Virus record (IMG/VR): IMGVR_UViG_3300012665_000884
Source of the DNA: an uncultured virus (IMG/VR IMGVR_UViG_3300012665_000884)
Lineage: Duplodnaviria > Heunggongvirae > Uroviricota > Caudoviricetes
Strand: one strand, 5' to 3'
DNA length: 64,000 nt
This document shows positions 8,414-18,189 of the stretch, in pieces (position 1 is the first letter of the stretch; each line of letters opens with the position of its first letter). The notes beneath the pieces were generated by a model. The model was not told where the DNA came from, did not search any database, and saw only the letters and a list, made by a program, of their open reading frames with translations. A program made the position numbers and the translations under genes.

Positions 8414-8992
8414 TTAGAATTTTTTCCTAGAGTCGGCCCAGACTTTATTTTTACTTGCTTTTTCGAATTGTTCGACAGGCAGTAATGCGGCAATATCCCA
8501 TTCGTCAGCGAAAATTTCCACAAACCGAGATTGCACATGGGAACCAAGATATCGTTTGATACATGGTGTTGCTTCATAAGCCTTTGAGAATGCTTTCAGG
8601 ACTTGGTAGTTCAATCTCAACTTGGTATGAATATCGAAGTTTTTATCGGATGCGTGTTCACTCAATTTATCTAAAAGAATGATGCGTTGCTTTGGGTGAA
8701 TGTAATGTAAATTCAGCCCTAGAAAACCGTCTGGGTATGGTTGAATTGGTATGACCAACGGGAACCTGTCGTAATATGGCAACGTATCCTTCGTTTTCGG
8801 ATCATAATAAAAATAGTACATGTGACCAATAAAACTTGAATTTGTCTGTCTCAACTTATCTTGCATTAGTTTTTCTGGAGTAGGTTTCAATTCGCCCATT
8901 TTAGAGCGTAACCAGTCATTCGCCTGACGAGAGCGGGTGTCATAACCAGCCTTAGCCAGTTGTGCGTTGATTCTGTCCATTAGATAAGCCAT
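8414..8992 (-). CDS. 2: DNA end protector gp2
   Basis: YDPKTKDTLPYYDRFPLV..GFLGLNLHY..CIKRYL..LLPVEQF. Confidence 0.92.
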   Translation of the reverse strand: MAYLMDRINAQLAKAGYDTRSRQANDWLRSKMGELKPTPEKLMQDKLRQTNSSFIGHMYYFYYDPKTKDTLPYYDRFPLVIPIQPYPDGFLGLNLHYIHPKQRIILLDKLSEHASDKNFDIHTKLRLNYQVLKAFSKAYEATPCIKRYLGSHVQSRFVEIFADEWDIAALLPVEQFEKASKNKVWADSRKKF

Positions 8993-9080
8993 ACTGTATT
9001 TATTACCGTTTATTTGTTATGTTTGCCATTAATACATATATTTTCTTCATAAAAGTGTTATAAGTAGGCTGTTGGGTTCT

Positions 9081-9530
9081 TCAGTTAATACCTAATTCTT
9101 TCTCTGTTAGGATTTGAAACTTCCATCCATGAGTATGACAGAATTCGTCAGCAGCCTTCCACTTCATTTGATTAATAGCGTAAGTTGCAGCCTCTGCTAA
9201 GAATCGTTTAGTTTTCTTCTTTTGTACAGGCTTCTGTGTCTGTGCGTATGGTTTTACTTCAATCACATAAGTCATAACTGCGCCATCTTTTTTCTGCACT
9301 TTAATGATGAAGTCAGGAAAGTATCTATGCATTCTATTGTCCACAGGCGATAAGTATGGAATAGCCAACTCCTCTGATGACCACCACACGATTCCTGGAT
9401 GGTCATCAAAGTACTTCATACAACGTAATTCCCACGAAGACCTGAAAATGATGTTCGTGGCATCGCCATTATATTTTGCTGGATTGTTAGGCTTAAACCT
9501 GCCTTTGTAGGTATTCTTTCCATATGACAT
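9081..9530 (-). CDS. 4: head completion protein gp4 (TnsA-like nuclease fold)
   Basis: YKGRFKPNNPAKYNGD..RSSWE..HRYFPDF..IEVKP..KWKAA. Confidence 0.92.
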   Translation of the reverse strand: MSYGKNTYKGRFKPNNPAKYNGDATNIIFRSSWELRCMKYFDDHPGIVWWSSEELAIPYLSPVDNRMHRYFPDFIIKVQKKDGAVMTYVIEVKPYAQTQKPVQKKKTKRFLAEAATYAINQMKWKAADEFCHTHGWKFQILTEKELGIN

Positions 9531-9537
9531 ATAAATA
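9530..9537 (+). promoter_or_regulatory. T4-type late promoter driving the baseplate operon
   Basis: Perfect TATAAATA 24 nt upstream of gp48, overlapping the gp4 start codon on the opposite strand. Confidence 0.8.
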
Positions 9538-9561
9538 TGTAGTCAAACAAATAGGACTCAA

Positions 9562-10809
9562 ATGGGAATATTCAATCTAACTAGCCTTAGTGTAAATACT
9601 TCGGAACGAACTGGCACGTACAATAAAGGTGCGACAGTTTCCGGTACACAAAACGATAGTAAATATAACAGTAGTATCTTGCGCTATCCAGAAGATGTTG
9701 GTAGCATGGATAAAGGTCATTATATGGTTATCCATATTAATGCACAGGAGCATACCAACAAGAAATTTGGAACAGAATTTACAAGTGATGAACCTACGAT
9801 TATCGAAAACCGTAAGTTGTTTGGATCATCTTCAATCAGCACCGATTTAGATAAGGTTGCTAAGTCTCAAGTTGGACAGGCAGTCGGCGGTGTATTAAAA
9901 GATGCCATGAATTTTGGTGTAAATGGAATTAATAGTTTGAAAAGTGATACTAAGCCTGGCTCAGTCTCTAATACAGGTTTAGATGTTCTTGGTGCTGGTG
10001 TTGCATCTGGTGGTCAATTAGTGGAAGCAATGATTAAAAATGGAACAAATATTGCTGGCATAAGAACAATCAAACGAACAACTGATACCATCGCACTGTA
10101 CATGCCAGATACTTTAAACTTTGTTCATAATCAAGGTTATTCTGATTTATCAGTAACAGGAATTCCTGCGGCGGCAATTTCTGCTGGCGCATCTTTGGCA
10201 GATTCATTGAAGAGTGGTGCTAATGCAGGACAAATCTCATCCGCATTTGTGAAGAACGTTTTACCATATGCGGCAAGTTTAATGACTGAAGGAAATAATT
10301 TCGGTCAATACTTTTTCACTGCGGCTTCAGGACTTGTTCGCAATCCGATGTTGGAATTAATGTACACTACACCTTCATTCCGTACATTCCGTTTTGACTT
10401 CATGTTTTATCCTAGAAGTGAAAAGGAAGGAAAAGAAGTTTATGACATTCTACAAAAGTTGAAGTTTCATCAAGCGCCTGAACTCAGACCAAATCTTGGT
10501 TCATTCTTTTTGATTCCTCCGTCTGAATTTGATATTAAGTTTTACTACAATGGTAGAATTAACAGAAACATTCCTGCACTATCGACTTGTGTTTTAGAAA
10601 CACTGGATATAGATTATGCGCCAAATGGTTTTGCCGCTTATGAAGTTCCTGGAGAAAGTTCTCCTACAAAAGGTCGTACAGGTGCACCTGTTGCGTTTAG
10701 AGTTGGATTACAATTCAAGGAGACAGAAATTTTGACTAAGGATAATTTTGTAGAACAAGGCGCATGGTCAAATTTTCAATCTGAGATGCCTGGCGTAAAA
10801 GGAAAATAA
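9562..10809 (+). CDS. 48: baseplate tail-tube cap gp48
   Basis: LRYPED, IALYMP, NPMLELMY..FRTFRFDFMFYPRSEKE, LQFKETEILTK. Confidence 0.88.
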   Translation: MGIFNLTSLSVNTSERTGTYNKGATVSGTQNDSKYNSSILRYPEDVGSMDKGHYMVIHINAQEHTNKKFGTEFTSDEPTIIENRKLFGSSSISTDLDKVAKSQVGQAVGGVLKDAMNFGVNGINSLKSDTKPGSVSNTGLDVLGAGVASGGQLVEAMIKNGTNIAGIRTIKRTTDTIALYMPDTLNFVHNQGYSDLSVTGIPAAAISAGASLADSLKSGANAGQISSAFVKNVLPYAASLMTEGNNFGQYFFTAASGLVRNPMLELMYTTPSFRTFRFDFMFYPRSEKEGKEVYDILQKLKFHQAPELRPNLGSFFLIPPSEFDIKFYYNGRINRNIPALSTCVLETLDIDYAPNGFAAYEVPGESSPTKGRTGAPVAFRVGLQFKETEILTKDNFVEQGAWSNFQSEMPGVKGK

Positions 10810-10810
10810 T

Positions 10811-11452
10811 ATGGCAAAGTACTTCAATTATTTTCCACAAACATACTATTTTGCTAGTTCAAATAATGATAATGTTGTTGTAGGAACAAATTTACTATCA
10901 CACTTTACTCTGTCTGATGATTTTGTAAACAACACTTCAATATATTACAAATATGCCGTAATAGATGGAGAATCACCTGAAGTTTTGTCACACAAAATTT
11001 ATGGATCCGCAGAAAAGCATTGGATTATTCTTTTGATGAATAATATTTTTAATCCTCTGATTGATTGGCCTGTAGATGAGAGAAGTTTAATCAATATTAT
11101 TGATATGAAATACACAGCTTCCGCCAACGTAGCAGGTGGAGAAACTGGATTAGAGTGGGCACAACAAAATGTACAATCATATTATAAAATTATAACACAG
11201 ACAAATAATATTACCAGTGATGTTACTGTAGATAAAATTCAAATAGATTCTAATACATATGTTGCGTTGACCAATACCAATGAATCATACACCTTACAAG
11301 ATGGTTCTACCGTAACTATTAAAACGACAAAAGACAGTAAAACATATTATGATTATGAGATGGATATAAATGATGATAAACGAATAATCAAGATTCTGAA
11401 GCCTGAATATGTTACAGCAATTACGGAAGAATTTAGAAAAGTGTTTGAATAA
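10811..11452 (+). CDS. 53: baseplate wedge protein gp53
   Basis: YFNYFP, DGESPEVLSHKIYGS..HWIILLMN..DWP (LysM-like), NDDKRIIKILKP. Confidence 0.9.
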   Translation: MAKYFNYFPQTYYFASSNNDNVVVGTNLLSHFTLSDDFVNNTSIYYKYAVIDGESPEVLSHKIYGSAEKHWIILLMNNIFNPLIDWPVDERSLINIIDMKYTASANVAGGETGLEWAQQNVQSYYKIITQTNNITSDVTVDKIQIDSNTYVALTNTNESYTLQDGSTVTIKTTKDSKTYYDYEMDINDDKRIIKILKPEYVTAITEEFRKVFE

Positions 11453-12744
11453 TGTCAGTATTACAATCGACACAATTTGAGATAAAAGACTTATCAATCG
11501 TTATTGGCGACACTTATAAGTTGGATATTAGACCAATTTATGAGGAGATTAACATCTATGAAAATGTTATGTTTCCTTGTATGTCAGGAAGTATTGTGTT
11601 GCGTGATGCTACAGGTCTCTCAGCTAGGATTAATTTTAATGGAAGCCAAAAGATTTCCATGAATATTATGAAAGATTCTGATAGTGACCGCCCAGGTGTT
11701 ACGCTATCCAAAACGTTTATCATATACAAGCAGACTGATAGAAAACAAGTAAACCAAAATACCGAAATCTACACATTACATTTTGTTGCAGAAGAATTTA
11801 TGTTGTCTCAACAAAAGAAAATTCGTAAGGTTTTGAAAGGAACTTATTCCGATATTGTTAGGAGTATACTCAGAGACTATTTGGGAATCAATAATGAATT
11901 GTATCAAGTTGGAAATATTTCCGACACTGAAGGTATACACGAAATTCTTATTCCCAACTTGTCTCCTTTTGATGCTATCGAATATGTAACAAAACGTGCC
12001 AGCAGTTCCCAAGGTGTACCGGATTATCTTTTCTGGCAAACACAGCTGGGATATAATTTTATGTCTGTTTCTCAGTTATTTTCTTATGATGCAGTAAATC
12101 GAATTACGTTCGGCGCTAAGAATATTTTAGATGATGCAATAGAAGAAACTATGGGAGCAAGAGATTTTAGAATCGTTACCCAATTTGATGCTGCCGGTAA
12201 TATTAAATCGGGTGTATATGCTGGTAAGTTTATTGGATATGACACATTAACTAGAACAATCCAAGTTAAAAATATTGGCTTTAACGATTTGTATAAGTTA
12301 TCGAACCATGCAAATAAGAATCCCATTGACGCAGACATTTTAAATAAAGATAATAATAAAGCAAGCGAGATGTATGATTCTCGTATTACGGTTTATCCTT
12401 TTCAATTACCTAGACTGACAAACTCATATTTGAAAACTTCAGATTCGAAAACATCTAATATTGTGGATGATGTGCATAATTACATTTTACAAAGACGTGC
12501 CATATTTCACAATTTGATGCAGAAGAAAGTCAGAATAACTATGCCTGGAAATTTCGGTTTATATTCTGGTAGTTTGGTATTTTTGGATTTTCCTCAACAA
12601 TTTAACATTGATAGTGATGCTAATAATGGCGACGGCACACTATATGGCAAATACATAATTACTAATGTTCGTCACATTATTAGAAGTGATAAACATGAGA
12701 CTATATTAGAAGTTGCCACAGATTCTAATAATTTTGGAAAATAA
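11452..12744 (+). CDS. baseplate hub protein (gp27-like)
   Basis: INIYEN..SGSIVLRD, IPNLSPFDAI, GKYIITNVRH; lies between gp53 and gp5. Confidence 0.65.
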   Translation: MSVLQSTQFEIKDLSIVIGDTYKLDIRPIYEEINIYENVMFPCMSGSIVLRDATGLSARINFNGSQKISMNIMKDSDSDRPGVTLSKTFIIYKQTDRKQVNQNTEIYTLHFVAEEFMLSQQKKIRKVLKGTYSDIVRSILRDYLGINNELYQVGNISDTEGIHEILIPNLSPFDAIEYVTKRASSSQGVPDYLFWQTQLGYNFMSVSQLFSYDAVNRITFGAKNILDDAIEETMGARDFRIVTQFDAAGNIKSGVYAGKFIGYDTLTRTIQVKNIGFNDLYKLSNHANKNPIDADILNKDNNKASEMYDSRITVYPFQLPRLTNSYLKTSDSKTSNIVDDVHNYILQRRAIFHNLMQKKVRITMPGNFGLYSGSLVFLDFPQQFNIDSDANNGDGTLYGKYIITNVRHIIRSDKHETILEVATDSNNFGK

Positions 12745-14109
12745 ATGATAAGAACTAATGATTTTGCCGGAAAGAATGAATACGTCTGGTTCATGGGTGT
12801 TGTTGAAGGTCGTGATGATCCTGCCAAATTAGGCCGTGTTCGTGTTCGTGTTATTGGTTGGCACGATGAGGATAGAATTTCTCTTCCAACTGAAGATTTA
12901 CCTTGGGCACAAATATTATTGCCTACGAATAATTCACGTACTATCTCCTTACCTAAAGAGGGTGAATGGGTACATGGTTTTTTCATGGACGGAAATGCTG
13001 GACAACAGCCTATAATCACAGGTGTTGTTCCTGGAGTATTATCTGAAAAGCCTAAAGTTGCCACATCCGGATCTTCCAACTTGGCCGCTCTAGAGGCACA
13101 ATTAGTCGTGGAGACAAAAAAATTGGATGTGATGACTTCATCCACGAATGTCTCATTAAGAACACAAAAATACAATTCTCTTAAAACCAAATTAGATATT
13201 ATTGATATTAATTTGGCAAGCGCCACAATTATTAAGAATCGTGTTCAAGCACAATATGATTCGGCATCATCATATGCCAAAGCGAGTATTGTTGAGAATC
13301 TATTAAGACAAGAAAAGATTGTTTCGGATTTACAGACACAGAAAAATAATATTGTTGCTGAAATGAATCAGTATGTTCCAACATCCGTGTCACAGATTGA
13401 AACTCAGAAAAAAGTCGTAAAGAATTTACAAAAACAAGTTAATACATTAAAAAGCAATTTGACAGAATCCAATAATAGAGGATTCGTTGATGTTAGAACA
13501 CAAGAGCAAGTTGATGCTGGTCCAAAGCCTATTGAAGGTGTTGTACTTGAAGAACAAAACAAACCAAGTATACCAACACTGGGACAAGGTAATAAGGAAA
13601 ACACCGGCATTTCTGTGTCCGATAAAAATTTAATTCACGTATGTGATATTGTTGCTGAAATGGATTTGGGTATAGCATCATTGAAATCCAAAGTTTCTGG
13701 ATTAATTTCTAAAATTAGAATAGCAATTGAAACTCTATTTGACGGTTTATCTCTTAACCCTTCTTCTGAAGGAATCATTCAACAAGCAAAAATGATTAAG
13801 GCTAAACTTGATACATTGAGAAAAGAGTTGAAGAAAATCACGGACGAGATTGCCGCAGTCAAGGCTTATATTAAGTATCTACAAGATTTGATAGACTATA
13901 TCAATAAATTACCGGCAGAATTACAAAAGTTGTATGCCGAATGTTTGTCTCAAGCAACAAAAGATTTGACCTCTTATACAGATACTTTGAAAACTCTGGA
14001 GTCTGCAACCACAAAAGCGAAGACTGATGCAATCGACCAAGTTACGACTGCATTACAAGTTACGGAAAATACTACAGCAGTTGAATCCAATCTTGGAACA
14101 CTAGCATAA
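12745..14109 (+). CDS. 5: gp5-like spike protein, N-terminal part (OB-fold plus long coiled coil)
   Basis: WFMGVVEGRDDPAKLGRVRVRVIGWH..LPWA..GEWVHGFFMDG OB-fold motif. Confidence 0.85.
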   Translation: MIRTNDFAGKNEYVWFMGVVEGRDDPAKLGRVRVRVIGWHDEDRISLPTEDLPWAQILLPTNNSRTISLPKEGEWVHGFFMDGNAGQQPIITGVVPGVLSEKPKVATSGSSNLAALEAQLVVETKKLDVMTSSTNVSLRTQKYNSLKTKLDIIDINLASATIIKNRVQAQYDSASSYAKASIVENLLRQEKIVSDLQTQKNNIVAEMNQYVPTSVSQIETQKKVVKNLQKQVNTLKSNLTESNNRGFVDVRTQEQVDAGPKPIEGVVLEEQNKPSIPTLGQGNKENTGISVSDKNLIHVCDIVAEMDLGIASLKSKVSGLISKIRIAIETLFDGLSLNPSSEGIIQQAKMIKAKLDTLRKELKKITDEIAAVKAYIKYLQDLIDYINKLPAELQKLYAECLSQATKDLTSYTDTLKTLESATTKAKTDAIDQVTTALQVTENTTAVESNLGTLA

Positions 14110-14118
14110 GGAAAAATA

Positions 14119-14844
14119 ATGGATAGTTCATGGACAGAACCGAAATCGGATTACGCCGCAGTATATCCATATAATAATGTGACGCAGACTGAATCTGGTC
14201 ACTTTATGGAGATGGACGACACTCCTGGCGCGGAACGTATTCGCTTGCAACATAGAACAGGCACATTCACCGAAGTGCAGGCAGATGGAAAACGAATTAA
14301 TAAAGTCCTAGGTAAAAACTATGAAATTATCATGGATGATAATAATGTTTATATCAAAGGTATGTGCAACATCACTGTAGAAGGAAATTCTGTAATTAAC
14401 GTTAAAGGTGATATGTATGCCAAGATTGAAGGTAACTGCAATCAGGAAATAAAAGGTGATTCTATACAAGCAGTTCATGGAAACGCAGAAATTCATTCTG
14501 ATGGTGATATGGATATTAATGCTTCTGGCACAGTTACCCTTGGCGCATTAAGTGTTGATATTAATTCGGATGTGAACGTTCGTGGTACGATTAGTTCATC
14601 GCAGAGTATAACGGCAGTTAAGAACATCACAGCAGGTTTACAGAGTTATGCTAATCTTGGTTTTGTAACTCCAGGTTGGATCAGTGCTGGTTCTCCTGTT
14701 GCTTTAATGCCTGTGCCAGGTTACATTTCAGGTTTAATGGTGAAAGATATTGTTCGTAGTATGGTAGAAGATAGAATAATATATGATGTGCATATTCACC
14801 CAACACCAAAAGGTCCAACTGGACCACCCATACCATTGATGTAA
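14119..14844 (+). CDS. gp5-like spike protein, C-terminal part (beta-helix and HxH tip)
   Basis: YPYNNVTQTESGH..DDTPGAERI..HRTGT, 8-residue VxG repeats, C-terminal HIH; own SD. Confidence 0.85.
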   Translation: MDSSWTEPKSDYAAVYPYNNVTQTESGHFMEMDDTPGAERIRLQHRTGTFTEVQADGKRINKVLGKNYEIIMDDNNVYIKGMCNITVEGNSVINVKGDMYAKIEGNCNQEIKGDSIQAVHGNAEIHSDGDMDINASGTVTLGALSVDINSDVNVRGTISSSQSITAVKNITAGLQSYANLGFVTPGWISAGSPVALMPVPGYISGLMVKDIVRSMVEDRIIYDVHIHPTPKGPTGPPIPLM

Positions 14845-14872
14845 TAAATATGCGACACTTAACGGAGATATT

Positions 14873-15703
14873 ATGAGTAGCGTATTTGGCAGATTAGGAT
14901 TCAACTTTGATACCAATAAATTTGGTTCAGGTCAATATTTGACTCCCGGTGCTATTGCATCTTTGAATGCGGCGCCGGTCACACTGCCAGCTTGGCAAGA
15001 AACAGCATTAGGATCAGGATCAGTAAATAAAAATACATACTTGAAAAATCCTCATGCTGGAGTTTGTTCAACGTTAACTGCAAATGTTACATTGATTAAC
15101 ACCATTGCCAGAATGTCTGAGGTTAATCCGGAAACAACTTTTCCTTATGCAGAATCAGAGTCGGTAATATTAGCGACAGCATGTAAAAACTATATGATTG
15201 AATTGGATGCATTCAAATCTCATACGGATAATATTGCTGGAATAGGAGAATCTTCTTCATCCAATAGTGCATCCATTCCCAGTTATGATTTGGCAGTATC
15301 CATTGGTCAACAGATATTGAGACTGACTAACGCCACGGATAATGTTTCAAACACCACTCCTTTGTTGGGATCATTCACAAGCCTTTTCATAGGAACAGAA
15401 TTGTCGGCAAATAATACAACGATCCATAACGACAGAATCACATTGAATGCTTCTATTGCAGTAAACGGAAATTGTGTTTTGGGATCAACCCAAGTAAACC
15501 AAATAATTGCACATATCCAGACAGCAAATTCATTAATTGCTGGCCGAAGAACACATGACTGGAATTTTTATGAAAATTCTTTTAATGTTATCAATGATTA
15601 CTTGGTTTTACAGAGATTTAATAATCTAGGAAACACACAGATGTATCTTGTAAATAATTTTATTGGAACAGAAACTTTGGTAAATAACTTGGCAAATACA
15701 TAA
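14873..15703 (+). CDS. hypothetical virion-associated protein
   Basis: 276 aa ORF, SD GGAG, late-promoter-like AATAAATA at 14843-14850. Confidence 0.7.
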   Translation: MSSVFGRLGFNFDTNKFGSGQYLTPGAIASLNAAPVTLPAWQETALGSGSVNKNTYLKNPHAGVCSTLTANVTLINTIARMSEVNPETTFPYAESESVILATACKNYMIELDAFKSHTDNIAGIGESSSSNSASIPSYDLAVSIGQQILRLTNATDNVSNTTPLLGSFTSLFIGTELSANNTTIHNDRITLNASIAVNGNCVLGSTQVNQIIAHIQTANSLIAGRRTHDWNFYENSFNVINDYLVLQRFNNLGNTQMYLVNNFIGTETLVNNLANT

Positions 15704-15713
15704 TAAATAGTAA

Positions 15714-16118
15714 ATGGCAACAATCACATCAAACATAGTAAGAAAATTTTCAGATTTAGATTTGAATTTTACAATCCATCCTATTAAAAAGGATATCAAC
15801 AAGACTGTGGATTCCATGGCGGTGGTGAATTCCATCAAAAATTTGATTCTGACAAATCATTACGAGCGTCCATTTCAGCCTGAGATTGGTTGTAATGTTC
15901 GCAAATTACTGTTTGAAAACATGGATAACATCACTGCATCCGCTATTGAGCGTGAGATTGTTCAAACATTAAACAACTTTGAGCCTAGGGTTCGTATAGA
16001 ATCACTCACAGTATCTCCAGATTTCGATAATAATGCATTCACCGTTAGCATGTATTTTTATATCGTAAATCAAACAACACCAATTTCAATACAATTTTTC
16101 TTAGAACGAGCAAGATAA
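15714..16118 (+). CDS. 25: baseplate wedge protein gp25
   Basis: FSDLDLNF..SIKNLILTNHYERPFQPEIGC..NFEPRV. Confidence 0.93.
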   Translation: MATITSNIVRKFSDLDLNFTIHPIKKDINKTVDSMAVVNSIKNLILTNHYERPFQPEIGCNVRKLLFENMDNITASAIEREIVQTLNNFEPRVRIESLTVSPDFDNNAFTVSMYFYIVNQTTPISIQFFLERAR

Positions 16119-16119
16119 A

Positions 16120-18189
16120 ATGGCTGACCGTCTAAACGTAACCGAGTTGGATTTTGACCAGATCAAATCCAACTTAAAAACATTCCTAAAACAACAAAAC
16201 GAATTTCAAGACTATGACTTTGAGGGTGCCGGTCTGAATGTGTTGTTGGACGTACTTGCATATAATACTCATTATAACGCATATTACCTAAACATGGTAG
16301 CCAACGAATCTTTCTTAGAAACTGCCATGCTAAGAAATTCGGTGGTGTCTCATGCAAAAACTATGGGATATACTCCACGTTCATCTATTGCTCCAATAGC
16401 AATAGTTAATGTCATAATTGAAACCGGAAACTCCACTCCAGGATCATTAACTATTCCTAAGGGATATACATTCCTATCAAATCAAATTGACAATAGAGCA
16501 TATACATTTGTCACAAAGGAATCATATACATCTAATAAAGTCGGGACACGTTTCACGTTCTCCAACGTTATGATTTATGAAGGTAAGTATGTTGGATATC
16601 AATTCAATTACAACCAGTCATCGAATCCAAAAAGAATATTCACTATTCCTGATGGAAATATTGATACGACTACATTAGAAGTTGTTGTTCGTCCATCACC
16701 ATCTAGTACCAACACAACAACATTCCTAAAGTCTGTTGATGCAATCAATATAACATCCACTTCTGAAGTGTATTTTCTCCAAGAAGCCACAAATGGTAAT
16801 TATGAAATCTACTTCGGAGACGGTGTTATTGGCAAGTCTTTACAAGATGGCTCAGTTGTTACGACAAATTATATTACGACAAGTGCAACACTAGCAAATA
16901 AAGCAAACAACTTCATCGCAACAACATCACTGGGTGGCTTTACGAATATAACAGTTAATCCTTTAGTTGGTGCATATGGTGGAACAGATAGAGAATCTGT
17001 GGATGAGATTAAATATGCGGCTCCTCTTTCTTTGCTATCACAGAATCGTGCCGTTACAAAGAATGATTATATCCGTTTGATTCAACAAAAATATCCATCA
17101 TTCGAATCTGTTAACGTTTGGGGTGGTGAAGAGCAGGATCCTCCAGTTTTCGGTAAAGTGTTTGTGTCCGCAAAACCTAAACTTGGTTTCGAAATCACAC
17201 AAACTGAAAAAGAATATGTGAAACAAAATATTCTCAAGCCTATGAGTATGTTGACTATTACTCCAGAAATTGTGGATATTGACTATAACTATTTGAAAAT
17301 TGAATCTACAGTTTTTTATGACAAGGTAAAAACAACTCTATCAGATTCTGATATGGTCAGTGCAATTAAAACTGTAATAACTGATTATTGCGAATCAAAC
17401 TTGAATAAATTTAATTCGTATTTCAAATATTCCGGCTTAGAGACTTCGGTAGATAACTATAGTAACTCAATTGTTTCTAATGAAATTGAGTTATTTGTTG
17501 CTAAGAAATTTAGACCTAACCTAGGAACTTCAGATAACTATATTCTTGATTATGGTTTTGAACTCATTAAGGGCACAACAAACGACAACTTCTATTCATC
17601 ACCAGACTTCACAATGACGGATGAGAATGGTGTTTCACGCCAATGTTTCTTTGAAGAAATTCCATCTTCATATTCTGGTATCGAATCAATCTCTGTAATT
17701 AATCCTGGTTATAATTACACAACAACGCCTACGGTCGAAATTATTGGTGATGGTTCTGGTGCTACGGCAGTTGCCAATATTGTCAACGGCAAATTATCAA
17801 GTGTTGATGTATTAACACCTGGTATTGGTTATACAACGGCAGCGGTGCGAATTATTGGCGGTGGCACATTAGCCGAAGCAAAAGCGGTCTTGGAAGGTAG
17901 ATATGGACAAATTCGTATCGCATATTTTAAGACAGATGAAGTTAGCAGCCAAAGTACAAAAGTTATTATCAATCAAGCCAAAAATAGCGGTGTTGCCGGA
18001 ACAATTGATTATATTTTAGGTAAAATTTACATTACTGATTTTTCTCCAACAGATGTGAATAACGACTTCGGTGACATTATGATTCATATGAGACCAACAA
18101 TTAATATTATTCAATCGAAATTAAACAAGATGCTGGTACTTGATGCAACTGATCCTACAAGTATTATCGTTAAGACTACACAAATTTAA
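16120..18189 (+). CDS. 6: baseplate wedge protein gp6
   Basis: ELDFDQIKSNL..DYDFEG..LAYNTHY, YEIYFGDG, QNRAVTKNDY. Confidence 0.95.
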   Translation: MADRLNVTELDFDQIKSNLKTFLKQQNEFQDYDFEGAGLNVLLDVLAYNTHYNAYYLNMVANESFLETAMLRNSVVSHAKTMGYTPRSSIAPIAIVNVIIETGNSTPGSLTIPKGYTFLSNQIDNRAYTFVTKESYTSNKVGTRFTFSNVMIYEGKYVGYQFNYNQSSNPKRIFTIPDGNIDTTTLEVVVRPSPSSTNTTTFLKSVDAINITSTSEVYFLQEATNGNYEIYFGDGVIGKSLQDGSVVTTNYITTSATLANKANNFIATTSLGGFTNITVNPLVGAYGGTDRESVDEIKYAAPLSLLSQNRAVTKNDYIRLIQQKYPSFESVNVWGGEEQDPPVFGKVFVSAKPKLGFEITQTEKEYVKQNILKPMSMLTITPEIVDIDYNYLKIESTVFYDKVKTTLSDSDMVSAIKTVITDYCESNLNKFNSYFKYSGLETSVDNYSNSIVSNEIELFVAKKFRPNLGTSDNYILDYGFELIKGTTNDNFYSSPDFTMTDENGVSRQCFFEEIPSSYSGIESISVINPGYNYTTTPTVEIIGDGSGATAVANIVNGKLSSVDVLTPGIGYTTAAVRIIGGGTLAEAKAVLEGRYGQIRIAYFKTDEVSSQSTKVIINQAKNSGVAGTIDYILGKIYITDFSPTDVNNDFGDIMIHMRPTINIIQSKLNKMLVLDATDPTSIIVKTTQI

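Noticed and set aside
9003..9050. 15-codon minus-strand mini-ORF (MKKIYVLMANITNKR) between gp4 and gp2
   Set aside because: No SD; expected by chance in AT-rich spacer DNA
12672..13226. 184-aa antisense ORF and many other 60-150 aa antisense ORFs across structural genes
   Set aside because: Lie fully opposite well-supported genes and show no recognisable motifs
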